Positions 8,684 to 19,002 of a stretch of DNA of 64,000 nucleotides are shown here, in pieces (position 1 is the first letter of the stretch; each line of letters opens with the position of its first letter). The stretch covers positions 5,504,001 through 5,568,000 of the forward strand of contig OZ252100.1 in NCBI GenBank assembly GCA_965248435.1, read 5' to 3'. A program made the translations under genes and the position numbers. This DNA comes from Candidatus Latescibacterota bacterium. Its GTDB lineage: Bacteria > Latescibacterota > UBA2968 > GCA-2709665. Below the pieces are notes generated by a model. The model was not told the DNA's origin. It searched no databases and saw only the letters and a list, made by a program, of their open reading frames with translations.

Positions 8684-10971
8684 AAGCCCACTTCTATCTG
8701 GCGCTTTTGCCCCTCTTCGTCGAGACCACTTCCCCCGCGGCCCAAGACACGGATCCGAATCCTGGAATGTCGGATACGACGAACGCTTTCCTGAATGAGA
8801 TTCCCGTGGAAGCCGTCGTGGCCGAACTCGGAGATTCGCTTTATACACCCGCGGAGGGACGCGCGCGAATCGTAAGGGATCGATATGGCGTTCCTCACAT
8901 TTTCGGGAAAACAGATCTCGATGCGGCCTTCGGTTTTGGATATGCCCAGTCGGAGGATCACCTGATAGAAATGCTGTTGAATTATCGAGCAGCCGCGGGG
9001 AGGCGCTCTGAAATCCTCGGGCAGGAGCACCTGGAGGACGACTACAAGGCCCTCCTCTGGCGGATTCATACGGTGGCCGGGGAACGGTATGGATCGATTC
9101 CGGAATCTGTCAGGGCCTTCATCGGGGCGTTTGCGGAGGGAGTCAATCACTACATAGAGGTCCATGAGCCGGTGTTGCCGTCGTGGGTCGAACCGGTCAG
9201 CGGTGCCGATGTCGTGGCCCTCGGCCGCTGGATCAATCTCTATTTTGCCGAATCGGCTGGTCTTCCGGAACTGAAAAAGAAAGGCATTCGTTCGATATCT
9301 GAGGCGCCCATCGGATCGAATCAATGGGTCGTTCGCCCACCTCGATCCGCCACGGAAGGCCCGGTATTTGCCATGGATCTGCACCTTCCCTGGAGCAGTC
9401 CCTTACAGGTGTATGAAGCACATCTTGTGAGCCAGGAAGGCTTGAACGTGTCAGGTGCCACCTTTTTCGGCATTCCGGTCATCGTCGTGGGGCACAACGA
9501 TCGAATTGCCTGGTCGCTGACCGTGAACGAGGCCGACATTTTTGATCTGTACGAGGAGAAGCTGGACCCCGCCAATCCAAAACGCTACGTCTACGAGCGG
9601 GAAAAGCACCGGATGTCTTCCCGGCGAGTAAAGATCAAAGTGCGAAGTGGACAGGGCGTCATCGAAGCCCAGCGGGAGCTCCTGTATACACACCACGGGC
9701 CGGTCTACAAGGTCGTTGGAGATTGGGCCTATGCCGCCCGATCCAGCGTAGAAGACGTTGTGAACACGATCGGGCAGCTGTATGAGATGAACCGGTCGAA
9801 GGATCTGAAAGAATTCAAGAAGGCGATGGCTCGACTCGAATTGCCTATGTTCAACGTGATGTATGGAGATGTTGACGGTAACATCTTCTATGTCTTTAAC
9901 TCGAGGAGTCCGATTCGATTGGAAAGGTTTGACTGGCGTTCGGCCGTTCCGGGATGGACGGCGGAAACAGAGTGGCGTGGGGTGGTCGTTTTCGATCGGC
10001 TTCCGCAGATCACGAATCCGGCTTCCAATTTCCTCCAAAACTGCAATACGGCCCCCGACCTTGTTACCGTGGACAGCGGATTGGAGGCCGGTGCCTACCC
10101 CTCCTTCCTGGGCTGGGGAAGCGTAAACGACCGTTCCAGACGCGTGTTCAGCTGGCTTTGGTCAACGGCACAGATCGGTCCTGACCAGATAAAGGAGATG
10201 CTTCGGGACGAGTACCTGATCTCAGCAGAAGAACTGAAAGGGATTGTTCTCGGGGCGTACAATCGATCCTGGCAGGAGATCTACGATCCAGACGGCAGAC
10301 TCGCTTTGGCCGTCAATCTCTTGCGTGACTGGGACAACCGGGCCTCGGTCGAGAGCCGGGGCACGCTCCTGTTCTCTGCCTGGAAGGAGCGGTTTGACCC
10401 GCTCCTGGAAAGAATCCCGGCTGACCAGAGTCGAGCAACAGTGGTTCTAGAAAAGCTCGCACTCGAGGCGTTGCGCACGGCAGTCGAGTACTTGACAACG
10501 ACCTACGGGCGCCTTGATCCACTCTGGGGCGAAGTACAGGTGATCGAGCGGGGAAACCACCACTTTCCGGTCGGGGGTTCTCCCCCTGGGATGTCTTCTT
10601 TGCACGCGACCTGGTCGAAACGGGGCACTGACGGGTTGATGCGGGCATACGGCGGTTCGGCCTTCACGATGCTCGTCTCCCTTGATCAGCAGGTTGGGGC
10701 GTGGAGTCTGGTTCCCCACGGAAGCAGCGAAGACCCGGACTCCCCACATTATTCTGACCAGGCTGAGTTGCAGGAAAGTGGGACATTCAAGCCGGCATGG
10801 TTCAGTGAAACAGATATTCAGGCGAACATAGAATCCATCACAACGGTTCCGCTGGAAGAGGAAGAGGCCGAGTGGGCCACCCTCAGGGCGTTGTGGCGTC
10901 AGCAACAGGCTTCCGCACCGCCAGAAAACTCGCCTGCCGAGGGGAGCGGAGACGGGACGGAGCTAGAATGA
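8680..10971 (+). CDS. penicillin acylase family Ntn-hydrolase (peptidase S45)
   Basis: RDRYGVPHI, FGFGYAQSED, GSNQW (N-terminal nucleophile Ser), SPHYSDQ; probable signal peptide. Confidence 0.93.
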   Translation: MKAHFYLALLPLFVETTSPAAQDTDPNPGMSDTTNAFLNEIPVEAVVAELGDSLYTPAEGRARIVRDRYGVPHIFGKTDLDAAFGFGYAQSEDHLIEMLLNYRAAAGRRSEILGQEHLEDDYKALLWRIHTVAGERYGSIPESVRAFIGAFAEGVNHYIEVHEPVLPSWVEPVSGADVVALGRWINLYFAESAGLPELKKKGIRSISEAPIGSNQWVVRPPRSATEGPVFAMDLHLPWSSPLQVYEAHLVSQEGLNVSGATFFGIPVIVVGHNDRIAWSLTVNEADIFDLYEEKLDPANPKRYVYEREKHRMSSRRVKIKVRSGQGVIEAQRELLYTHHGPVYKVVGDWAYAARSSVEDVVNTIGQLYEMNRSKDLKEFKKAMARLELPMFNVMYGDVDGNIFYVFNSRSPIRLERFDWRSAVPGWTAETEWRGVVVFDRLPQITNPASNFLQNCNTAPDLVTVDSGLEAGAYPSFLGWGSVNDRSRRVFSWLWSTAQIGPDQIKEMLRDEYLISAEELKGIVLGAYNRSWQEIYDPDGRLALAVNLLRDWDNRASVESRGTLLFSAWKERFDPLLERIPADQSRATVVLEKLALEALRTAVEYLTTTYGRLDPLWGEVQVIERGNHHFPVGGSPPGMSSLHATWSKRGTDGLMRAYGGSAFTMLVSLDQQVGAWSLVPHGSSEDPDSPHYSDQAELQESGTFKPAWFSETDIQANIESITTVPLEEEEAEWATLRALWRQQQASAPPENSPAEGSGDGTELE

Positions 10972-11966
10972 ACGAGATGGCGTCTGGAAGAGGACCGCTG
11001 TTCATAGACCCGGATCCGGAGGCGGCCAGAGCGTTCTTCCGCCAGAAGCGTAATGCCAATACCCAGAAGGTGATGACGGTCAAGGAGGCAGTGTCTCGGT
11101 TCGTCAAGGACGGAGATTATGTTGCCTCTGGCGGATTTGGGACGAACCGAATAGCTACTGCGGCACTCCACGAGATTCTCCGTCAAGGGAAACGGGATCT
11201 GGGGCTTGCGGGCCATACGACGACGCACGATTTCCAGATTCTGACCGCAGGGAATCGTAATGGAGAGCAGGTTTTATCCCGCGTGGACGCAGCCTATATC
11301 GTGGGCCTGGAGGCCAGAGGGCTTTCTCCCCACGCCCGCCGCGTGATACAGGGTGGCGATGTGGAGGTTTGTGAATGGACGAATTATGCCCTGGCGTGTC
11401 GCTTCAGGGCGGCAGCGGCAGGGATACCGTTTATGCCCATGCGCAGCCTGCTGGGGACGGATACCTTCACCTTCAGCGCAGCCGTGGAAGTCGAATGCCC
11501 GTTCACGGGTCGAAAACTGACGGCCGTTCCCGCCCTTTTCCCGGATGTTTCGCTGATTCACGTTCACGAAAGCGATTCGGATGGGAATTGCCGGATTCTG
11601 GGCATCACGGTTGCCGACCTGGACATCGCGCGGGCCTCGAAACGGTTGATTGTGACGACGGAACGGATCGTCGATACGGCGGAGATTCGCCGGACGCCAC
11701 ACGCGACTGATATTCCAGCGTTCTGCGTGGATGCGGTGTGCCACGTTCCTTTCGGTTCCTACCCGGGAAACATGCCAGGAGAGTACTTTTCCGACGAGGC
11801 ACATCTTGCGCGGTGGATGGAGGAAGAGTCGGACCTGGTTGGCTTTGAGGCGTTCCTCCAAGAGTATGTTTATGCTGTTCCCGACTTCCCGGCCTACCTG
11901 GAGCTTTGCGGCGGCAGGGACCGCTTGCGTGAGCTGAGGGCCATCGAACATCTCGCGGAAGCCTGA
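10968..11966 (+). CDS. CoA-transferase subunit A (glutaconate CoA-transferase-like)
   Basis: EAVSRFVKDGD, AAAAGIPFMP, CPFTG, PDVSLIHV, PFGSYP. Confidence 0.9.
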   Translation: MNEMASGRGPLFIDPDPEAARAFFRQKRNANTQKVMTVKEAVSRFVKDGDYVASGGFGTNRIATAALHEILRQGKRDLGLAGHTTTHDFQILTAGNRNGEQVLSRVDAAYIVGLEARGLSPHARRVIQGGDVEVCEWTNYALACRFRAAAAGIPFMPMRSLLGTDTFTFSAAVEVECPFTGRKLTAVPALFPDVSLIHVHESDSDGNCRILGITVADLDIARASKRLIVTTERIVDTAEIRRTPHATDIPAFCVDAVCHVPFGSYPGNMPGEYFSDEAHLARWMEEESDLVGFEAFLQEYVYAVPDFPAYLELCGGRDRLRELRAIEHLAEA

Positions 11967-11987
11967 GTCACCCATAGGGCACTGAGA

Positions 11988-12755
11988 ATGGCCAACTATA
12001 ATGCGATGGAGTTGATGATCTGCGCTGCTTCGCGTCTCCTCGAGGACGGCGCTGTTGTGGGCGTAGGTACAGGGGCGCCGTGCGCGACGGCGATGCTGGC
12101 ACAAAAGACACACGCACCCAATCTGTTGGTTCTGTTCGAAGCAGGAGGCGTTGCCCCGCAACTTCCTTCGATGCCCATTTCCGTGGGTGACTCCCGGACG
12201 TTCTACCGGGGTTTGATGGCGACGAGCATGTGCGATATCATGGATGCCTGCCAGAGGGGGGGCGTCGACTACGCATTTCTGGGCGGCGCGCAAATCGACA
12301 GATTCGGGAACTTGAACTCGACGGTGATCGGCGATTTCGAAAAACCCAAGATCCGCTTTCCTGGCAGCGGGGGAGCGAACGACTTCGCCAGCCTGTGCTG
12401 GCGCACGCTTGTGATCACTCAGCACGACCGGCGTCGCTTTGTGGAGCGCCTCGATTTTCTGACCACGCCGGGTTATTTGACGGGTCCGGAAGCGAGAGAT
12501 GCAGCCGGGCTTCCAATCGGAACCGGACCGTATCGTGTGATTACCGATCTGGCCGTCCTGGGGTTCGACCCGGAGACCCGGGAGATGCAGTTGGAAAGTC
12601 TGCATCCCGGCGTTACCTTTGATCAGGTCCAGGAGCATACCGGGTTCTCACTCCGGCAGTCTGCGAGACTGGATGAAACGGAGCCGCCGAGGGCGGAGGA
12701 GCTTCGGATTCTCAGGGAGGAGGTCGACCCCGATGGCTATATTATTGGGCGATAA
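11988..12755 (+). CDS. CoA-transferase subunit B (glutaconate CoA-transferase-like)
   Basis: VGTG, FEAG, FLGGAQIDRFGNLNST, GSGGAND, SLHPGVT. Confidence 0.92.
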   Translation: MANYNAMELMICAASRLLEDGAVVGVGTGAPCATAMLAQKTHAPNLLVLFEAGGVAPQLPSMPISVGDSRTFYRGLMATSMCDIMDACQRGGVDYAFLGGAQIDRFGNLNSTVIGDFEKPKIRFPGSGGANDFASLCWRTLVITQHDRRRFVERLDFLTTPGYLTGPEARDAAGLPIGTGPYRVITDLAVLGFDPETREMQLESLHPGVTFDQVQEHTGFSLRQSARLDETEPPRAEELRILREEVDPDGYIIGR

Positions 12756-13567
12756 TGCTGGCGCTTGAAGACCGGGTTGGGGTTTCGACGCTTTGCTTAA
12801 AAGGGCTTGCGCCCACTGATGCGGTCGAGGCGACCCTGGAAGCTGGTTTCTCGGCCTTCGAGTTCACACCGATCACCTACGGTGGACCAGAGGTGTTTGA
12901 TGGGGATGGACGGGGAAAGCTTCGGGACCTGTTCAAATCATTCAAGCTGGTGTCCGTCCACTCCTCCGGGATGGGAGACGTTTGCAGCGAGGACACTACC
13001 ACACGGGAGCGGGCAAGGCGGCGATACATCGCGCTCGCCCGGTTTGCAGTCGACGTGGAGGCGGACATCCTGACGCTACATCCCGGAAGGGGACAAGACG
13101 GACCCGCTCGCGCTGAATCCTGGCGGGAGAACGTGGCGTTCGGACGCGAGTTGCTGGAGAGGGTTTCCGGACACGGGATCACCCTGGGATATGAACTGTT
13201 TGATGCTCGCGTGGCACGCGGGATCGGGAGCCCTGATTTCGGCGTGCTGTTCGACCTAGGCCACGCCGTGCGACGGGGGCCCGAGCTTGGGACATCAGAT
13301 GTGCTCGGTATGATGGGTGAGCTGGCGGAGCAGATCGTGCAGTACCACGTGCATGGTGTGGGCGAGCCCGGAAAGACCGATCACGTTCCATTTCACCAGA
13401 ACACCTGGCTTGACTATCGTCGTATCACGAGACATATCCAGGCTTCAGGTTTTTCGGGTCCGTTGATGCTCGAGATCGGAATCCGCCGGGAAGCCTGGCA
13501 GGAAAACCTCGAGGATTGTCGAGCTGCTCGTGAGGACCTTTTGGGCGCAGCAATACGACCCGAATAA
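12755..13567 (+). CDS. sugar phosphate isomerase/epimerase (AP endonuclease 2 TIM barrel)
   Basis: SVH, LHPG, YE, FDLGH, YHVH, DH and LE metal-ligand pattern. Confidence 0.8.
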   Translation: MLALEDRVGVSTLCLKGLAPTDAVEATLEAGFSAFEFTPITYGGPEVFDGDGRGKLRDLFKSFKLVSVHSSGMGDVCSEDTTTRERARRRYIALARFAVDVEADILTLHPGRGQDGPARAESWRENVAFGRELLERVSGHGITLGYELFDARVARGIGSPDFGVLFDLGHAVRRGPELGTSDVLGMMGELAEQIVQYHVHGVGEPGKTDHVPFHQNTWLDYRRITRHIQASGFSGPLMLEIGIRREAWQENLEDCRAAREDLLGAAIRPE

Positions 13568-13620
13568 GTTTACCTAGGAGTAAGGCTTGCTGGACCATCA
13601 CCTATTCAGGAGGGAAAGAG

Positions 13621-14598
13621 ATGAGGCTCGTGACTTATGCAATTAAGAAGGAGTCCTTCGTTGGCGCGCTGGTAGCAGACGACCGAATCGTGATCGATCT
13701 GAAGGCGGCAGATCAAGCTCTGGCCAGGAGGGAAAAGCGGAAAGCCCACCCCTTCTGGGCGGATATGCTGACGCTTTTGGAGGCGGGCACCAAGGGACGA
13801 AATGCGGCACGCAAGGCCGCTAACGCAGCGCTAAACGGTCTGGGCAGCCCGCCCAAGGCTAATGGAAAGACGGCCCACAACGCGAGCAGGGTCAAGCTCA
13901 GGGCGCCTGTTCCAAACCCTCGAAAGGTCTTCTGCCTGGCAGGGAATTACCAGGACCATATCGAGGAGAGTGGGACAAAAAAGATGGACATCCAGGACCA
14001 GGAGACACCCCGGGTCTTCATGAAGCCTCCAACCTCCACCGTCATCGGCCCGAATGACAGCATCCTGATCCCGCCGGTCGCTCGAGCCATCGACTGGGAA
14101 GGCGAGCTTGCCGTAGTCATCGGCCGGAAGGCGAAGGGGGTGGGTCCCGATGAGGCTCTAAACTATGTTGCCGGTTACACCGTGATGAACGACGTTTCCG
14201 AGCGCGACCTCGTGATCAAAGATCGCACGGACAGCAGGCCCATGGACAAGTGGTTTGACTGGCTGAACGGGAAGTGGCTGGACACGTTTGCGCCACAGGG
14301 ACCCTGCATCGTCACTTCCGATGAGATTCCAGATCCTCAGGTCCTGGATATCAGCACGTTTATCAACGGAGAGCGGAAGCAGCACAACAACACCGGACAG
14401 ATGCTTTACCCGGTGAACAAAATCATCGAATACATATCGGCGATCATTACACTCGAGCCTGGAGACCTGATCAGCACCGGGACGATTTCTGGTGTGGGGG
14501 CCACAACGGGCACGTTCATGAAGCCGGGCGATTCCGTCGAAGTGGAGATTTCGCAGATCGGGACTTTGCGAAGCAAGGTCGCGGCCAGCAAGAAGTAG
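13621..14598 (+). CDS. fumarylacetoacetate hydrolase family protein
   Basis: AGNY, FMKP, DWEGELAVVIG, NDVSER, GK.LDTFAP, PGDLISTGT. Confidence 0.93.
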   Translation: MRLVTYAIKKESFVGALVADDRIVIDLKAADQALARREKRKAHPFWADMLTLLEAGTKGRNAARKAANAALNGLGSPPKANGKTAHNASRVKLRAPVPNPRKVFCLAGNYQDHIEESGTKKMDIQDQETPRVFMKPPTSTVIGPNDSILIPPVARAIDWEGELAVVIGRKAKGVGPDEALNYVAGYTVMNDVSERDLVIKDRTDSRPMDKWFDWLNGKWLDTFAPQGPCIVTSDEIPDPQVLDISTFINGERKQHNNTGQMLYPVNKIIEYISAIITLEPGDLISTGTISGVGATTGTFMKPGDSVEVEISQIGTLRSKVAASKK

Positions 14599-14621
14599 AG
14601 CCGCATCTGTCGAAACGCATT

Positions 14622-14656
14622 TCAGCCCTGGGGGATGCTCGATCCCTCAGGGCTGA
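14622..14656. terminator. hairpin between convergent genes
   Basis: TCAGCCCTGGGGGAT-GCTCG-ATCCCTCAGGGCTGA. Confidence 0.6.
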
Positions 14657-14672
14657 TCTATTCCAATCCATG

Positions 14673-15638
14673 TCAATAAGCGTAGCGCTCAGGGTTCTGT
14701 TTCAGTTTCAACAGGAAGTCTTTGACAATCCCCTCCTGGTCGTACTCCGGCCTCCAATTCCATTCCTTGCGAGCATTGGAATCATCCAGCTTGAGCTGGA
14801 GCTTGTCCAATATCTGCTGAAGTTCTTTATTGAGTTCAAACTCAACATTTGCTTCGGGAATTCGGGATTTGACGATCTTGACCAATTCACTCGCACTCGG
14901 AGTTGGGGTTACCCCTGCCAGCACGTAGTTTGCCCTCTTGAGCTGTTCCATGGGCGCCGATGCCAACTTGGTAATGGCGCTTGCCGCGTCCTTGATGTAG
15001 ATCACAGGGATCCTGGTTGCGGGTTTTACCCGCATGGTGTAGGGATTCCCTTTTGCGCACTCTTCGATCACTTCGCAGGTGTACTGGACCCCTCCTGGAA
15101 TACGGGCCCCCGGACCTATGATAAAAGGATATCGTATTCCTCTGAAGTCCAGGCCATATCTTCGTTTGTAGAAGATACCCATGTGTTCTCCGAACACCTT
15201 CGTCGCCCCGTAGAAGAGGGTCGGGCGTTGAAGGGTATGATCATCGATGGTCTTTCCCTGAATGTCGGATCCGTATGTCCAAAGGGTGCCCGGAAAGAGG
15301 ACTTGCTCAACTTCAAAAAGTCTGGCCGCCTCCAGCACGTGGTGGGTGCCCATCGCGTTCGTTCGAAAGGCCGATGAAGGATCGATCTCGGAAGGCATCG
15401 AAAGCATCGCACCGAGGTGATAGATGATCCGGGGGCGAACTTTCTTCACTGCGTCCAGTACGTGACTGAATTCGCCCAGGTCTCCCCGAATGATCTCAAC
15501 GCGATTGAGCAGATCGTCTATTCGCTTCGTGAACGGATGAAGGTCGAACAGGAACAGGTCCGTGTCTCCGCGTTCCTCCAGAACTCGTACGACCTCTGCA
15601 CCCAAAAATCCCGTCCCGCCCGTGATAAGCGTAGCCAA
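14673..15638 (-). CDS. NAD-dependent epimerase/dehydratase (L-threonine 3-dehydrogenase-like extended SDR)
   Basis: LITGGTGFLG, YHLGAMLS, YGATK; probable TTG start at 15638 behind GAGGA. Confidence 0.88.
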   Translation of the reverse strand: MATLITGGTGFLGAEVVRVLEERGDTDLFLFDLHPFTKRIDDLLNRVEIIRGDLGEFSHVLDAVKKVRPRIIYHLGAMLSMPSEIDPSSAFRTNAMGTHHVLEAARLFEVEQVLFPGTLWTYGSDIQGKTIDDHTLQRPTLFYGATKVFGEHMGIFYKRRYGLDFRGIRYPFIIGPGARIPGGVQYTCEVIEECAKGNPYTMRVKPATRIPVIYIKDAASAITKLASAPMEQLKRANYVLAGVTPTPSASELVKIVKSRIPEANVEFELNKELQQILDKLQLKLDDSNARKEWNWRPEYDQEGIVKDFLLKLKQNPERYAY

Positions 15639-16144
15639 ATCAGATTTCCTCGGAAGTCGATTGCAGATGGATGGGCTGTCACACCAAAAGTAAGAAGGAT
15701 GTAAACAAAAAGAAAAGGAAAAAGGGGCTGGCAATTGGCCAGATTTGGTCTCTATCCATCTCTGATCTTGTTTGCATTAGGATGGTATATTTATGCGGGT
15801 GTGAGAAGCATACCCCCTCTGAGATGGAATCTGAACTCCTCGAGTAGACCGCCGAGTCTGATCGACCGGATTCGGATGTTTCGGGAGATTCTGCGTGGAG
15901 CAATAACCAGGAATAGAAAGTAAATTGGAAGCCCATTTCGGGAGAAATCATCGGACGCTCTTTCCAGGATTTGCAAAGCGGATTCGGATATCCGAGCACC
16001 TTCAGCAAACGTATCGCCACGAGGGGATTGAGAGGTTTGACCTTGCAAGAGAAAAGAAGCTGTCAGCAGAGTATCGTCCGGCCATGGTGAGTAGTTCCAC
16101 ACGACACCACGATGGGTCGATTATATTGGGAAACTAGGAATGTT

Positions 16145-16160
16145 TGGCACGCCTCTTGCA
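16145..16160 (+). promoter_or_regulatory. sigma54 (-24/-12) promoter
   Basis: TGGCAC-GCCTC-TTGCA, an exact match to TGGCAC-N5-TTGCW, about 200 bp upstream of the FapA-like gene. Confidence 0.75.
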
Positions 16161-16357
16161 TTTATAGATCGAATAAGTGCTGCGGGTTTAAGGATTTAAG
16201 TTTGGGTGTTGCGCCAGGTTTGCATTTTTAATATTTTGGAACCATTGAACTTACAACCTTTGAAATTCCGAATCCACACAGTTTCGAAAGCCCGGGAAGG
16301 CCATTGTCACAATTCTGACAGCACTGGGTAGATTTCAGCCATTTATGGGGTCCCACA

Positions 16358-18433
16358 GTGGCATCGGTCGACATAACTATATCTGAAGACGGTCTTCAAG
16401 CCAGCGTCGCCTCTATCGGCTCGAAGTCGACCCTCGAGGAGATCAGTGAAGCCCTGAGGGAAAAAGGCGTCGTCCACGGCGTCCGTTCCAGCGCGATCGT
16501 GGATGCCATAGCCGAAGCGACCGGTAAGCCCGTGGAGAACGTCGTGGTTGCTCAGGGCACCCCACCTAAGCCCAAGGTGCCCCCGGTGCTTGAACACAAA
16601 GTCGTGGGTGAGGGAGATAAACTGCCGGCCCTCAGGGCCGTTGGCAAGATACTAGGGCTGGAACAGACGAGCGAAATCCCGGAAGCGGCAAAGGACGCGA
16701 TGGCGCTGGCGGTCAAGAAGGGCGATCTGCTGGCGGTCAAATCGATTGGAGAGGTAGAGCCGGGCCGGACCGTCACCGATCAGGCGATCGAGGAGATGAG
16801 TGAGGAGCAACTCGGACTTCAGTTCCAGCCGGGGCCCGGCATCGAGCTTTCGTCCGACCGGACTCAGTACCTCGCGAAGCATTCCGGCTACGCGGGGGTA
16901 TTTGATGGAAAGGTCTCCGTGCTGCCACCGATCTGGATTTCCAAGGATGCGATGGCGGCCGCCTACCTAAACCTTCCCCTTCTAGAAAAGTCCGCGCCGT
17001 TCTCAAAGGCAGACGTCGAGGATGCCCTCTCGGCGGCCGGTGTGTCTACGGGGATCGACCAGGCAAGTGTCGAGGCTGTGGGCCAGAGCCTTTCAGAAGG
17101 GGCCAGTGATAAGCTGCTCATCCAGTTGGCATCCGGGACGCCTCCTGAACAGTCGGTCGATGCAGATCCGAAGTTCTCGTTTTCCACAGAGTCGCAGGCG
17201 GGTGGCGTTCGTCAGGACGGCTCCATCGATCTCAAAGCGCGGGAGCGGTTTCCATCGGTCAACACGGATGATCTGCTGGTCGGCTGTGGACCGCCGGAAG
17301 CTGGAACCCCCGGCATGACGGTGAAGGGCGAAGAGGTCGAGGTGGGAGAGCCTGTAGCGGTGGAGCTCGTGGCGGGGGAGAATGTGCGGTCAGACAAAGA
17401 CGGAGACATCGTCCAGCTCTTCTCACAAATCGATGGCGGTGCCAGTATAGAGACTGAAGATGTTGATAACGAGAACGGAAAACTCATTCGCTACACCGTG
17501 TCGGTGAGACAAGTTATAGAGGTTCCCGGAGATGTCAACTATGACACCGGAAACATCGATTTTAAGGGCAATGTGGAGATCAAGGGAACGGTCGTGAGCG
17601 GCTTCAAGGTCCAAGCGACGGGCGATGTGATCGTGGGGGAGGGGATCGAAGACGGCGTGGAGATCAAGGCCGACGGCAGCCTGACTGTCAAGCAGGGCAT
17701 CGTCGGCGCCGCTACGAAAGTTGAGACGAAAGGTAGTGTGACGGCCAAGTTTATACAGGACGCGACGATTTTGGCGGACGGAGACGTCGCCGCAGAAGTC
17801 TATCTTCGTACGGCCAACATTCAGGCAAAGGGCAGCGTGTCCGTAGAAGGCAAGGGAAAATCCGGCGGAATCATCGGCGGTGAGACCTGGGCTCTGAAAT
17901 CGATCGTGTCCAAGAACGTGGGCGCCGAGGCCAATAAGACGACCCTCCTGGCCGTCGGGGCGCTTCCGAAGCTCTTCGATCAGTACGAGGAGCGGAAAGC
18001 CGAGGCGGAGAAGGCTACGGATTCGAAGGAGGCGATTCTTAAGGCGATGGGTGTCGAAGCACTGAAACCTGACCTGATCAAACAATCCATCATGAAGAAT
18101 CCTCGAATGAAGGACAAGATCCTCCAATTCGTAGCTAGGGCAAATGAACTGGCGAAAACAGAAGCGGAGTGCATCGACGAAATGTACGCGCTGAGCACGA
18201 AGATGAAGGAGAGCGCCAATGTGGCTTATGTGGATGTCACGAGCGATGCACACGCTCGCGTGAAGATCCGGGTAGGAAATAAGGAGACGGCCCTGACTGA
18301 GGACGTAAAGGCTGCCAGGTTTCACCTCGATAAGTCGGGAGAGACAAATATGGTCGTTTGGACCGCGCTGTCAGACGTCGCCAAGCTGGAGAAAGCAGAG
18401 CAAAAGGAGAAGGAGGGAAAGGAGGAGAAGTAG
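16358..18433 (+). CDS. FapA/DUF342 family protein
   Basis: VAQGTPP, DGSIDLK, GDVNYDTGNIDFKGNVEIKGTV..GF.V.A.GD and GIIGG beta-helix motifs; N-terminal module appears duplicated. Confidence 0.88.
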   Translation: MASVDITISEDGLQASVASIGSKSTLEEISEALREKGVVHGVRSSAIVDAIAEATGKPVENVVVAQGTPPKPKVPPVLEHKVVGEGDKLPALRAVGKILGLEQTSEIPEAAKDAMALAVKKGDLLAVKSIGEVEPGRTVTDQAIEEMSEEQLGLQFQPGPGIELSSDRTQYLAKHSGYAGVFDGKVSVLPPIWISKDAMAAAYLNLPLLEKSAPFSKADVEDALSAAGVSTGIDQASVEAVGQSLSEGASDKLLIQLASGTPPEQSVDADPKFSFSTESQAGGVRQDGSIDLKARERFPSVNTDDLLVGCGPPEAGTPGMTVKGEEVEVGEPVAVELVAGENVRSDKDGDIVQLFSQIDGGASIETEDVDNENGKLIRYTVSVRQVIEVPGDVNYDTGNIDFKGNVEIKGTVVSGFKVQATGDVIVGEGIEDGVEIKADGSLTVKQGIVGAATKVETKGSVTAKFIQDATILADGDVAAEVYLRTANIQAKGSVSVEGKGKSGGIIGGETWALKSIVSKNVGAEANKTTLLAVGALPKLFDQYEERKAEAEKATDSKEAILKAMGVEALKPDLIKQSIMKNPRMKDKILQFVARANELAKTEAECIDEMYALSTKMKESANVAYVDVTSDAHARVKIRVGNKETALTEDVKAARFHLDKSGETNMVVWTALSDVAKLEKAEQKEKEGKEEK

Positions 18434-19002
18434 CGGAAGAAATACACTTGTAGCCGTTAACAGGCCCTTCTGGAGGCGAATCCGGGAGGGCTGTTTCATA
18501 TGCTGATGCGCGTGTGCCCCGAGGAATGAACTTGGCCTTTTCTGAGAGTTTGTATCTTAGAGCCAATGAGAATAGTTAGTCCACCGAGGTCTCGGATTCA
18601 TGGGAACTCCTCAACATCGTGAGCTATCTCTTGTGGTTGAGACGGGAGGGTTATATGAGAATAACCCCCTTTCAGCTCTCGTAGGTTAGACCTCTGAGGC
18701 ACTCGTTGGTCAGAGAATTCTCGATTTCTATGGCGATCCCGATCGAAATGTGCTGCTGTCCGAGGTCCAGCGAATTAAACCCTATAAGGAGTAAAAGCCA
18801 TTTTTCGAATCCGGCCCAAAGTGTTACATTAAAGGGAGAACCCACACACTGGAGAAAACGCGTAAACGGTTTAGCTCAGAGGCCAAGTTTTGGAGACGGG
18901 TATCAACGGCAGCCTCGAGTTCATATTTCATGTTTCGAAGATGCGTCCATATGCAGCTGCCTTTGTGTGTCGCAATTTGGGTGACGCATTGGGGAAGAAC
19001 CG

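Noticed and set aside
11274-12638. 454-aa - strand ORF and similar long antisense ORFs (6411-7487, 17423-18325, 27078-28067)
   Set aside because: Shadows of well-supported + strand genes in GC-rich DNA
15735-16137. Small ORFs 15735-15923 and 15925-16137
   Set aside because: No recognisable motif or clear RBS; they sit in a divergent promoter region
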